Origin: a virus
Taxonomy: Duplodnaviria; Caudoviricetes
Virus record (IMG/VR): IMGVR_UViG_3300042940_001591
Direction: 5' to 3' (one strand)
DNA: 64,000 bases
A model generated the notes under the pieces. The model searched no databases. It saw nothing but the letters and a program-made list of their open reading frames with translations, and was not told where the DNA came from. Below are positions 55,415 to 64,000 of the stretch, piece by piece. A program made the translations under genes and the position numbers. Every line of letters begins with the position of its first letter. The stretch's first letter is position 1.

Positions 55415-57190
55415 ATGAAGATTAATGATTTAATATTTGATATGGTTTTTGAGGAGATAAAAGCAAATCAAAAAACCTTTTTCAACGAACTAATGACTAA
55501 ATGGAGAACTGAGGTTCCCGAGTTAACAGACGAGCAAGGAGAAAAAGTCTTTAATAGACACAGCAACATTAAAAATCAAATTTCTATTGATAATTCTGGT
55601 GTCCTAAGATTTTTAAAAAGACATGACGGTAGATTTCCAGATAAACAGAAATATTCATTAAACGATTTAAAACAAATACAAGTTTTTAAATTTAAAGACT
55701 TAGTTTCTTTTTTGGTTGAGTTTGGTAAATTTGAATTGGGTGGTGAAGAAAAGGAAAACGATGTTGAGGATGAAAAGGCTAAACTTGATGCAATATTTGC
55801 ATCCGATGGTAATCAACCAAACGTAGCAAAAATTGAGGCATCGAAACCAATGTGGTTTAGTGATGAGAATTGTATTATAAATAAAGGTGGTGTAAGGGTT
55901 TATAAAATATTAAGTGAAACCCAAGCAAAAAGAATGGGTTATTATTATCAATCTTTACATAGGGATCAATGGATTAAATTTAGAGTTCAAAAGAGAGAGG
56001 GTAGGGTAAATTCACCATGGTGTGTTACTTGGAGAGGAACTTTGTCAATTAATGACGATGAGGGTAATTATCTATACGGTAATGGTACGAATCAATATGG
56101 GTACTATAGAAATCGTGATAAAAAAACTTTCTATTTTTTAATTGATGAAAATAGAAATTATCTAAGTGATAGTATTGAAGAGGCGAGATTTCACATGGCC
56201 GCCATTCAAATAAACAATTACGGATCTTACACAGTAAGTTCAATGATTAATGATGGTGATGACACACGAAGTTGGGATTGGATTGTTAATACTTGGCCAC
56301 AATTAGATGGTGAAAGAGAAAAGATTGAGTGGAGAGCGTTATCTCCTGATGAATTAGAATCGGCAAAAGTTACAGATTTAATTAATGAGACACCAGGTGA
56401 CCCTAATGAATTTTCGGCACAAACACCCCAAAGAATGTCCGAATACATTGGTATCGGAGGTAAAATTAAAGAAGTTGATTCTTGGAATGCGATGACTCCT
56501 GAATTAAAAACAACTTACATTACGATGATGCAATTACACGATGCAACATCAAGAATTTCAAATAGTAAGTTATTAACTGCAATATTAAAAACAAGTCCTC
56601 CCGATTTTCCATATCGTGAAAAATTAGATAGAAAATTAAAACAAATCGGAAAACCTGGTATTGAATACCTCGTTAATGATTTTATGCAAAAAGATTATAT
56701 TCTTGTTAGAAAAGGACAAAAAGACGACAATTATAGAATTTATCAAAGCAAGTCTTCTCATTTATTTGGTATCTATCATATCAGTTCATTTGAATGGGTA
56801 ATGGATGGTACAACTAAAATAGAATATAATGACAGATTCTCTGAAGAAAAAATGATGAGAACTGAAGATGAGCAAGGTAAAAGATATGCCGTTAAATCTT
56901 ATTCTGCAGATAATGGAGATGCTTTCTACGTAATAATCGATAACCCAACATTATCTGACGGTGGTGAAGCGTTAGGTTATTTAGTTAGTAAACAAATGTG
57001 GGAAGAAGATTTATCTCATAGGTTAACTGTAATCGAAGGAAAAAGAGTACCTACTATGGTTGGTTACGAAGGTGGGAAATATGGTGATATTCAACACGGG
57101 TTGCCTCCTAAGAAGAAAAAAGAAAAAGTACAACAACCAAATCCTCAGGTACCACAAGAACCTGAACAGGATGGTCAAGAAGAGATATAA
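55415..57190 (+). CDS. Large hypothetical late protein
   Basis: 591 aa; SPWCVTW motif; TATTTATA at 55392. Confidence 0.7.
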   Translation: MKINDLIFDMVFEEIKANQKTFFNELMTKWRTEVPELTDEQGEKVFNRHSNIKNQISIDNSGVLRFLKRHDGRFPDKQKYSLNDLKQIQVFKFKDLVSFLVEFGKFELGGEEKENDVEDEKAKLDAIFASDGNQPNVAKIEASKPMWFSDENCIINKGGVRVYKILSETQAKRMGYYYQSLHRDQWIKFRVQKREGRVNSPWCVTWRGTLSINDDEGNYLYGNGTNQYGYYRNRDKKTFYFLIDENRNYLSDSIEEARFHMAAIQINNYGSYTVSSMINDGDDTRSWDWIVNTWPQLDGEREKIEWRALSPDELESAKVTDLINETPGDPNEFSAQTPQRMSEYIGIGGKIKEVDSWNAMTPELKTTYITMMQLHDATSRISNSKLLTAILKTSPPDFPYREKLDRKLKQIGKPGIEYLVNDFMQKDYILVRKGQKDDNYRIYQSKSSHLFGIYHISSFEWVMDGTTKIEYNDRFSEEKMMRTEDEQGKRYAVKSYSADNGDAFYVIIDNPTLSDGGEALGYLVSKQMWEEDLSHRLTVIEGKRVPTMVGYEGGKYGDIQHGLPPKKKKEKVQQPNPQVPQEPEQDGQEEI

Positions 57191-57218
57191 AAAAAGGGAC
57201 TTTAAGTCCCTTTTTTAT

Positions 57219-58061
57219 TTATGATAATAATGAATAATATTCTTTAAAGTGTTTAATTCTATCCGCTAATCCAATCGTACCTCCATTTACTCTTTTTGTA
57301 ATTGAAGTAACAACAGCATCAGTTGCTCCACCGTCAGCCATTTTATGTAGACCGTTCTTTGAGAAGAACCAAGCTGCTGATAATAATGCATAATCTGATG
57401 CAACCTTGTCAGGATTTGATAGGATATCTTCATTAATTGATTTACCAAACGCAGTGTAGTTTTCCTTACCAGTTAATTGGATATATCCACGTCCACAGAA
57501 TTTTGCACCTTCTCCAGATGATTCAGGACCATTACCCATTCTATTTCCGTAAACTTTATTTGCAATTTTAGTAGGTTGTCTTTCGTATGGTTTTGCTGCT
57601 GCTTCATTTGGGAAATACTTTTTAAACGTACCCACTAATCCCTTAGCTGAATAATTTAAATTTTCTTTTGTAGCTCTAAACCCTCCTGATTCATGACCAC
57701 ATTGTGCCAAGAAGTGTGCTAATCTTAACGGTGTATTAATTTGAAATTTAGCAGCCGTGTCGGGAATTTGACGAATAACCGCATCAGGAATATGACCCTT
57801 TAGTTTTTCTAATTTTAACCCACCAACTGAAGCAACAGGTGCTGGTTCAGTTATAATTGTTGGAGCACTTACAACACCTTCAGAGAATAACTTACCCCAA
57901 GTGCCATCACCAACAATACCATCTGCAGTTAAACCATTAGCAGATTGCCACGTTTTAACCGCCGCTTCTGTTTTTGGTCCAAATTTACCTATTGGGTCAA
58001 CACCCAATTTAACTTGGAGTTTTTTTACATCTTCTCCTTCAGATCCTAGTTTTAGTAACAT
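57219..58061 (-). CDS. Endolysin: PG-binding domain + GH19
   Basis: VKKLQ...FGPKTEAAVKTWQ...LTADGIVG; RLAHFLAQCGHESGGF, ENLNYS, GRGYIQLTG, VNGGTIGLADR. Confidence 0.92.
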   Translation of the reverse strand: MLLKLGSEGEDVKKLQVKLGVDPIGKFGPKTEAAVKTWQSANGLTADGIVGDGTWGKLFSEGVVSAPTIITEPAPVASVGGLKLEKLKGHIPDAVIRQIPDTAAKFQINTPLRLAHFLAQCGHESGGFRATKENLNYSAKGLVGTFKKYFPNEAAAKPYERQPTKIANKVYGNRMGNGPESSGEGAKFCGRGYIQLTGKENYTAFGKSINEDILSNPDKVASDYALLSAAWFFSKNGLHKMADGGATDAVVTSITKRVNGGTIGLADRIKHFKEYYSLLS

Positions 58062-58169
58062 AATATGTTTTGTGTTTAAAGTCTTTATTTAATTATAAAT
58101 ATCTAGACAATGGACATAAAAAATTTAGTAGAATCAGAAATATTCTATATTTTTGTGTAAATTTGATTT

Positions 58170-58736
58170 ATGACGAAATTTTTAATCCTATTGTTTCTAC
58201 CAATTGTATTCGGGTTTTCAAATCCTGAATATAATGAAAAGTCTATTATATTTCATTTTGAGGAGATTATTAATGAATATCGAATAAGTAATGGTCTACA
58301 CAGAATTTCATTAGATGAGTCAATTAAATATTTTTCCGATGAACGTTGTAACGATATAACCAAAGATTATAGTCACAGGGGGTTTGTAGATAAAGTGTTT
58401 AATAGGGGATTAAAATATAGTGAGGCTTATGAAAATATTGTTCTATTTAAAATCCCAACTCTAACAAACAAACCGAACTATCAACATTTTAAAGAAATAA
58501 TAAATGAAAAGGGAGATACAATTGTAATAGAACTTAAAGAATTAAATTATGTAAAAAATGAAATGTCAATGGGGGTTGTATCGAATTATAATATTGCCAA
58601 ATATTGTTTTTTAAAATGGAAATATTCAAAAAATCATAACGAATTACTTCTTAACCCCAATATAAAAAGGTTTTACTTATCACATTGTTATGATGAAAGT
58701 AAAACCCTGTATTTTTGTTTTATTGCTTTAAATTAA
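58170..58736 (+). CDS. Exported CAP/SCP-like domain protein
   Basis: INEYR..NGL, AYENI, WKYSKNHNELLL. Confidence 0.65.
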   Translation: MTKFLILLFLPIVFGFSNPEYNEKSIIFHFEEIINEYRISNGLHRISLDESIKYFSDERCNDITKDYSHRGFVDKVFNRGLKYSEAYENIVLFKIPTLTNKPNYQHFKEIINEKGDTIVIELKELNYVKNEMSMGVVSNYNIAKYCFLKWKYSKNHNELLLNPNIKRFYLSHCYDESKTLYFCFIALN

Positions 58737-59962
58737 AATTTAGGACATGGCATACTTGTTCCTCTTCCAAAGAAACCTCCAAACGATATTCTTGGTAATG
58801 TAATCCTAAGGCTAATGTTAGGTCTTAACTTAAGTATGTTTCTACCGGTGGCAGTAAATCTAATTATAAAATCGGTAACTTCTACGGGAGCAAATTGTGG
58901 TGGAATCGGGTCAATTGTAACCTTTCCTGTTTTTGGAGGATTAGTTCCTCTAACCGCAAATGCAAATGACATATCAACTCTTTGATTTTTAACCAATTCT
59001 TGTTTATCCTGACCAACATATGCATCCCCACTTGTACCTGTCCCATCAACCTCAATCATTTTATTTCCATTTTTAATTTTAATCATTTTACCTGCATTCG
59101 TACCATTACTATTAATTACAATACCCTCTTGGTTGAATTTTGCATTTCTTTTGGTTAACCCATCTACCAAATAATCGTACACAACTTTTGCTCTTGCATC
59201 TGATAATTCTTTAAATGTTGGAACTTTTCCAGGAAAAGTTTGTTTACTTTGTCCGTTTGGTATTGTTGAGCTAGATGAGGTAATTTGTAATTTGTTTATG
59301 TAAACGTCCACCGCTTTTCTACCATCTTTTTCTAATTGAGCGGTCATATTACTAATGGCCTGATCAATACCACCAAAAATAGTTTCATTAATGTATTGAA
59401 TAAATTGAGGGGTCATTATCGCCTCATTAAATTGAAATTGCATTGGTTGTTCAACCGACGGGGGAGTAACCATTTCATATCCCTGTTCTACGTTTGGAAT
59501 ATCAATTTCCTTACCGTCTTGTCCCGGACTAACCATCTCTTGTTTTATTGTTGTTTGATTATCAACAACAATTTTTTTATTTTTAGTTTGAGTTCCAAAC
59601 TGACCATTAATAAAAAGAAATACACAATAATAATAAAAGTTTGGATTTTTAGTTAACATGCTATCAAAAACCTGTACGGATGTTCCATCCATCATAGATT
59701 TCATATTTGCCACATTTTTGGCAAATTCCCTATCCATTTCTTCATCGGGTACGATACTTTTTGTATTTGTATTCCACATTAAACCTGCTCTCTTCACCAT
59801 ATAACCCAAATCTTTGGTTGCAAAAAATTTGGAGTGTTTAGGGTCTTTTGTTGACACAATAGTATTAACATTATCTTGTCTTTCAAATCCAACTTGTTCA
59901 TTTATAATGTTACTTAAAACCATTTTCATTTGGTTTTCTGTAAAAATAATTCTTTTCATCAA
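58733..59962 (-). CDS. Late protein with an OmpA-C-like segment
   Basis: IFTENQ leader; ELSDARAKVVYDYLV...NQRVD. Confidence 0.6.
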   Translation of the reverse strand: MMKRIIFTENQMKMVLSNIINEQVGFERQDNVNTIVSTKDPKHSKFFATKDLGYMVKRAGLMWNTNTKSIVPDEEMDREFAKNVANMKSMMDGTSVQVFDSMLTKNPNFYYYCVFLFINGQFGTQTKNKKIVVDNQTTIKQEMVSPGQDGKEIDIPNVEQGYEMVTPPSVEQPMQFQFNEAIMTPQFIQYINETIFGGIDQAISNMTAQLEKDGRKAVDVYINKLQITSSSSTIPNGQSKQTFPGKVPTFKELSDARAKVVYDYLVDGLTKRNAKFNQEGIVINSNGTNAGKMIKIKNGNKMIEVDGTGTSGDAYVGQDKQELVKNQRVDMSFAFAVRGTNPPKTGKVTIDPIPPQFAPVEVTDFIIRFTATGRNILKLRPNISLRITLPRISFGGFFGRGTSMPCPKF

Positions 59963-59993
59963 TTCTATTTTTTAAATAAATATCTAATTATCG

Positions 59994-60341
59994 TTAATTA
60001 TGTTTTCCACACCAAGGACAAATGGGTAGTGATTTTTTCTTTTTGTGTGTTGTTTGGGTATATAATTTTCTACACGCCTTACATTTTAAGAATTTTGCGT
60101 CCTTATTTAAATCGTCAATACTTTTAATTTGTTTATCGGTCAATGAACTATAAACATCCTTTCTTTCTCCGTCATCCTCATTCAATTTTTCATTGTCATG
60201 TCCACACTTATGACAAGTATATGGGTCTTTACCACCCTCAGATTTCTTCCATTCCCATCCACAACCATCACAATGTACGACTCCGTTTTTTTCTGATTCA
60301 ATAATGTACTTTAATTGTGATTCGGTTAATACTATTTTCAT
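59994..60341 (-). CDS. Zn-ribbon protein
   Basis: CDGC, CHKC, CKAC, CPWC. Confidence 0.7.
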   Translation of the reverse strand: MKIVLTESQLKYIIESEKNGVVHCDGCGWEWKKSEGGKDPYTCHKCGHDNEKLNEDDGERKDVYSSLTDKQIKSIDDLNKDAKFLKCKACRKLYTQTTHKKKKSLPICPWCGKHN

Positions 60342-60342
60342 G

Positions 60343-60951
60343 TTATAATTTTACGATGGCCCAGTTATAAAGAGATTCACTTATTTTTTCATCATCTGTC
60401 TCACCACTTTCTTTTATCCTGTTTCTAAGAGTGTTAAGATAGTTAACAAACATCATATCACTATAGTTGTCATATCCCCCCATTTTAGGTATGTATTCTT
60501 TGGTTAATAAACCTAATTTAACAAATTCCCTACACTTTCTCAACCCAAACTGATCCGCAACATTTTCTGTATATTTTAAAAATCTAACCGCCTCATCCAT
60601 GTCAACCTCCCCAACATAAAATCTGTGCATCATACTTGAACCATATTTCTTATATTGGTATTGATGAGCCACTTCGTGGAAAATAACAAATAGGGTATTT
60701 TCTAATGTATATTGTAATACCTTTTTATTAATAACGACTTTATTGTGTAACGATATACCCGCAGCTGGTAATTTAAAGGTACCAAATTCAATATCTTGAC
60801 AATTTGATTCTTCTATGAATTTCTTAACTAAATCAATGTGAGACTCCAATCTTGGGTAAGCAGTCAATAACTCATCAATAAACGAGTCGATACCATTCGT
60901 CTCTTCAAGAATAATAGATTTGTATTGATTTTCGGTTAATACTATTTTCAT
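60343..60951 (-). CDS. HExxH zincin-like protein
   Basis: VIFHEVAHQYQ...TENVAD. Confidence 0.7.
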   Translation of the reverse strand: MKIVLTENQYKSIILEETNGIDSFIDELLTAYPRLESHIDLVKKFIEESNCQDIEFGTFKLPAAGISLHNKVVINKKVLQYTLENTLFVIFHEVAHQYQYKKYGSSMMHRFYVGEVDMDEAVRFLKYTENVADQFGLRKCREFVKLGLLTKEYIPKMGGYDNYSDMMFVNYLNTLRNRIKESGETDDEKISESLYNWAIVKL

Positions 60952-61054
60952 ATAGTATAAATACTATACATGATAACATTTCTCTATATTCTCCTTAAAG
61001 AACACGTAAAAGTCATCAGTCAAAAAAAAACCCTCATAATTGAGGGTTTTAAAC

Positions 61055-61309
61055 TTATTTAATAAATCTATCGAATTCTTTTTTAATAGATTCGTTTAGA
61101 CTGTATTGAAATCTTAAATCGTCATCTTTTGGGTATTCTGTCTTATCAGTTAATTCCCCTAAAATTAAATTAACAACTTCGGGTGAAAAAGAATCATCGG
61201 TTTTTAATGTGTGAATAACAAATTCCCTTTCCTTAACGGTCGGGTTATTCAACATATAAGTTAGTAACTTACTAATCCCACCAAATTGCTTCATTAAACT
61301 ATCCGCCAT
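61055..61309 (-). CDS. Hypothetical protein
   Basis: 84-aa ORF. Confidence 0.6.
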   Translation of the reverse strand: MADSLMKQFGGISKLLTYMLNNPTVKEREFVIHTLKTDDSFSPEVVNLILGELTDKTEYPKDDDLRFQYSLNESIKKEFDRFIK

Positions 61310-61674
61310 TATAAAAATCTATTAAATTCTGATTTTATTTTGATTACCGACTCGTTCATATTAATTTCTGAAGGTGGGTTTGGCATCATGTTTTCATCAT
61401 CACTACCCATAGTGTAATCTACTGGTTCATTATTACTACATAACTTATTTTTTAATATGTCACAAGCATTTAATAGAGCCTCTTCACTATCGAATTCTGA
61501 ACCCGCAACCAAATCCTTATATTGACTAACAAAACTATCAATCATTCTTTCTGTTTCGCTAGCAACATCCATACCATTTTCAACACCAACTGCACCAGCA
61601 GATTGTTCGTTTACTTGTTTAGACGCAATTATTTTCTTTAATTGTTCTTCTGTGATTTTGATTTTTTTTCCCAT
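61309..61674 (-). CDS. Hypothetical late protein
   Basis: KIKITEEQLKKII leader. Confidence 0.7.
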   Translation of the reverse strand: MGKKIKITEEQLKKIIASKQVNEQSAGAVGVENGMDVASETERMIDSFVSQYKDLVAGSEFDSEEALLNACDILKNKLCSNNEPVDYTMGSDDENMMPNPPSEINMNESVIKIKSEFNRFL

Positions 61675-61813
61675 TTTGATTTTATATCTCTATAAATATA
61701 CGGATTTGTTAAAATAATTTAAATAAAAAAGGGACAAGAGTAGCGAATTCTTGTCCCAACGGGATTAGTAACTAGTCCCGGCCCTAAGTCCGGTCTTCAA
61801 ACCGGAGGTATCT

Positions 61814-62125
61814 TTATTTATGTTTGATTATAAGTTCACCAAGTACCTCTAAACGACCAACCTCTATTTGAAATTCAGTTTGGTTCATATCTAAAGATAT
61901 ACTTTTTAATGTTTTAATAAACTCTTTCTTTGACTCTTCTATATCAAATTTACCTTCAGATGCTTTCTTATAGTAAGGAAGTTTCACCTTAAAATGGTGA
62001 TAGGTTAACATTGCTGGACCACCTTTCTCTTTAGCATTATCGGCAATCTTAGATGCACCACCCATTCTTTTTTCTGCAAACTCATCAAATGACTTTGATT
62101 CTGTTAGTATGTCTGTTAATTTCAT
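61814..62125 (-). CDS. Hypothetical late protein
   Basis: MKLTDILTES. Confidence 0.7.
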   Translation of the reverse strand: MKLTDILTESKSFDEFAEKRMGGASKIADNAKEKGGPAMLTYHHFKVKLPYYKKASEGKFDIEESKKEFIKTLKSISLDMNQTEFQIEVGRLEVLGELIIKHK

Positions 62126-62129
62126 AATA

Positions 62130-62768
62130 TTAAATATCTAAACATTTTAGATTACCGTCCTTATCATACCCATAGTTACCGACGTGAACATCTGCAGTTG
62201 GTTTCAATTCGTATACAGAATGAATAAGATTATAGAACCCAACAAAGATTTCGTAAATGAATTCATTACCCGTTTCTTTTATTTTTTCACCAATAGATAG
62301 GAATTCTTCCTCCATTTCCTCATCCATTCCCAAACTTGTAAGATATGTTTGTAATGATTTACCTGACATTGTTGAAACAACGTTAGCTAATGAATTCCAA
62401 TATTGTTTTGCTTTCTCTGTGTTCAATCTTTCAACTGCAACATACTTTACTTTAATAGTATCACCGGGGTTATATGTGATTGGTTTAAATTCGCCAGTTC
62501 TCCAAGAGAAGTTCGTTACTTGTTTTTTCAATTTGATATTAACATAACCCGTACCATATACCTTTGGGAATATGTCAGGACGACTTTTAAATAAATCAAC
62601 CCAACCATTAACGTCTTCATCAAATCCAATTTTATAAACCATGTTTGGGTTCTTATTGGATGGATATACATTATGAAATGCACCTTTACCAACGAGTTCT
62701 TTTTCTTTCGTTGCAATCTCATCAACATCATGTTGAATCATTTCAATAATGATATGTTCAAATTTCAT
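62130..62768 (-). CDS. Protein-kinase-like fold protein
   Basis: GKGAFHNVY glycine loop, VYK lysine, DVHVGN catalytic loop, CLDI. Confidence 0.65.
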   Translation of the reverse strand: MKFEHIIIEMIQHDVDEIATKEKELVGKGAFHNVYPSNKNPNMVYKIGFDEDVNGWVDLFKSRPDIFPKVYGTGYVNIKLKKQVTNFSWRTGEFKPITYNPGDTIKVKYVAVERLNTEKAKQYWNSLANVVSTMSGKSLQTYLTSLGMDEEMEEEFLSIGEKIKETGNEFIYEIFVGFYNLIHSVYELKPTADVHVGNYGYDKDGNLKCLDI

Positions 62769-62890
62769 TACTCTTTAACTAATTTCAAATACTTCTTAAG
62801 AATTTCTTGATTCTTTTTATAGATTTCCATTTTCTTTCTTCCTGAACGTACACTTCTCATTGCACGTGGTTTTTTTGCTGCTGTTCCCAT
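62768..62890 (-). CDS. Small basic protein (absent from the ORF track)
   Basis: MGTAAKKPRAMRSVRSGRKKMEIYKKNQEILKKYLKLVKE*. Confidence 0.5.
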   Translation of the reverse strand: MGTAAKKPRAMRSVRSGRKKMEIYKKNQEILKKYLKLVKE

Positions 62891-62913
62891 ATTATAGTTG
62901 TTTTAATATATTA

Positions 62914-64000
62914 TTAACGGTTCCAACCCTTTTTAGGGTAATTATCAGATAACCATAACATTTTATCACTCTGTAATGCCTTATCAATTTGTCCTTTGAT
63001 GTCTTTCATGTCGGTATAAGCAATTCTTACCAATTTAATCCCTTTCCTCATACAATAGTCGTTTTTGTATTTATCATCCATTACACGTAATTCAAAATGT
63101 TCCTCGGTCTGATTAAAGGTTCTTATAAAATGAAATCCACCATCAAATTCAAATATGGTGTTTAAATCAGGACAATACGCATCAAATTTATATCTGTAAC
63201 ATGTAATTCCTTTCCAAGCGTTTGTACAGTCATCAAATCTTTTATCTTTTATTGTGTCATAACCTAAAGAATAAAGATATTGTGCCACCGCATCCTCACC
63301 TTTGGACGTTGCACATTTGGAACAACCTGATTTACTATATAAATGGGCACCCGATTTAATAGAAAAATCACCATGTCCTTTTTTTGGACAGGTTAGAATC
63401 ACATCATCAATGGATTGTATATAGGGTGATTTTATCAAATCAATTTTCTCGTAGGTATATTTTGGTGTTCCATCTTTCAATTTATGTATACTACGAGAAA
63501 ATTCAATCCATTCATCTTTTTTATATGATACTCTTTCTGTTTTCTTAAGTTTTCCACATTTGGGGCAACCTACAGGTCTCTCTTGAGCAATTAAACTTTG
63601 TGCCAATTTCACATTAAACAAACCGTGTTCCACACCATTTTCATCTTTTTTATGGCAGATGATATTTCTCACAGGTTCTTTACCTTTACCTTGTTTATAA
63701 ATCATTTGACTATAATCGTATGTACCCTTACCATTTACTTCTTCAGCCCTTTTTATAAACTCCTCACGTGTACGTGATTTTTGAGTAAATACATTTGCAC
63801 GATATTCATTGGAGCATTGTTTACAATACATGGGGTTATTCTTTGCCAAGAACCACTGAGCTCTATTAATAGTAAATGGCCCATGTTCCACTCCATTTTC
63901 ATCTTTCCTGTGACAGATAATATCTACAGGTTCTTCACTTCCTCTGTATTCTAAGTTAGAATAGTCCCATCTACCCTCCCCCCATCTTTCTTCCGCCTTT
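62914..64000 (-). CDS. Homing-endonuclease-like protein: repeated Zn/DYS modules + PD-(D/E)xK (Vsr-like) nuclease; 5' end lies outside the window
   Basis: Frame is open upstream of 63891 to the window edge (KAEERWGEGRWDYSNLEY...); YKFDAY...FEFDGGFHF...KNDYC...KLVRIAY. Confidence 0.7.
   Translation of the reverse strand, partial: KAEERWGEGRWDYSNLEYRGSEEPVDIICHRKDENGVEHGPFTINRAQWFLAKNNPMYCKQCSNEYRANVFTQKSRTREEFIKRAEEVNGKGTYDYSQMIYKQGKGKEPVRNIICHKKDENGVEHGLFNVKLAQSLIAQERPVGCPKCGKLKKTERVSYKKDEWIEFSRSIHKLKDGTPKYTYEKIDLIKSPYIQSIDDVILTCPKKGHGDFSIKSGAHLYSKSGCSKCATSKGEDAVAQYLYSLGYDTIKDKRFDDCTNAWKGITCYRYKFDAYCPDLNTIFEFDGGFHFIRTFNQTEEHFELRVMDDKYKNDYCMRKGIKLVRIAYTDMKDIKGQIDKALQSDKMLWLSDNYPKKGWNR

Noticed and set aside
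411-61698. Reading plus-strand TATAAATA as T4-style promoters firing rightwards
   Set aside because: Orientation flips with gene direction: plus-strand late genes have TATTTATA upstream, so the sense motif is TATTTATA
895-62731. Numerous short opposite-strand or nested ORFs (e.g. 1217, 2153, 9337, 12042, 17727, 17761, 25486, 38652, 45997)
   Set aside because: Shadows of longer, motif-bearing genes, with no independent start signals or motifs
1-64000. CRISPR array or cas genes
   Set aside because: No regularly spaced 25-45-nt repeats and no cas-like ORF; the repeats present are coding tandem units or short operators
1-64000. Stop-codon recoding as in some large phages
   Set aside because: Conserved genes (terL, portal, clpC, ligase) are full length in code 11; no CTA or TCA suppressor tRNA was found; TAG ends some ORFs normally

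Overview
This is a 64-kb AT-rich segment of a large, T4-like tailed phage. The host is most likely Bacteroidetes (Flavobacteria-like), judged from repeated TAnnTTTG promoters, lipoproteins and T9SS-tail-like domains, a Bacteroidetes-type bS21, and the absence of Shine-Dalgarno (SD) sites at the gene starts inspected. Contents in order: head/packaging genes (scaffold, gp21-like protease, portal, large terminase) with ribosomal protein bS21 embedded on the opposite strand; divergent Hsp20/ClpC; an RNA-repair trio (P-loop kinase, Rnl1 ligase, cyclic-phosphate receiver); a 12-kb exported-protein module (CsgG-like pore, beta-barrels, lectin/dockerin/cohesin proteins, T9SS-tail-only lipoproteins); 12 tRNA genes interleaved with unexplained structured spacers; a ~0.85-kb GOLLD-like RNA; tmRNA; a glycosyl/methyltransferase cluster; lysis genes; and many late genes behind a sense-strand TATTTATA motif. 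The most unusual observations: (1) two short non-coding elements 22 kb apart (13930-14037 and 35850-35990) share three colinear sequence blocks, and one carries a 12-nt match to the Bacteroidetes 16S anti-SD tail, in a bS21-encoding phage; (2) a tRNA-Asp with an 82-nt structured variable arm and U37; (3) a phage-encoded cell-surface assembly module; (4) a shared N-terminal (I/L/F)TExQ leader on many late proteins. All calls come from reading the sequence by eye. No database search or folding program was run, and family names are from recalled motifs.
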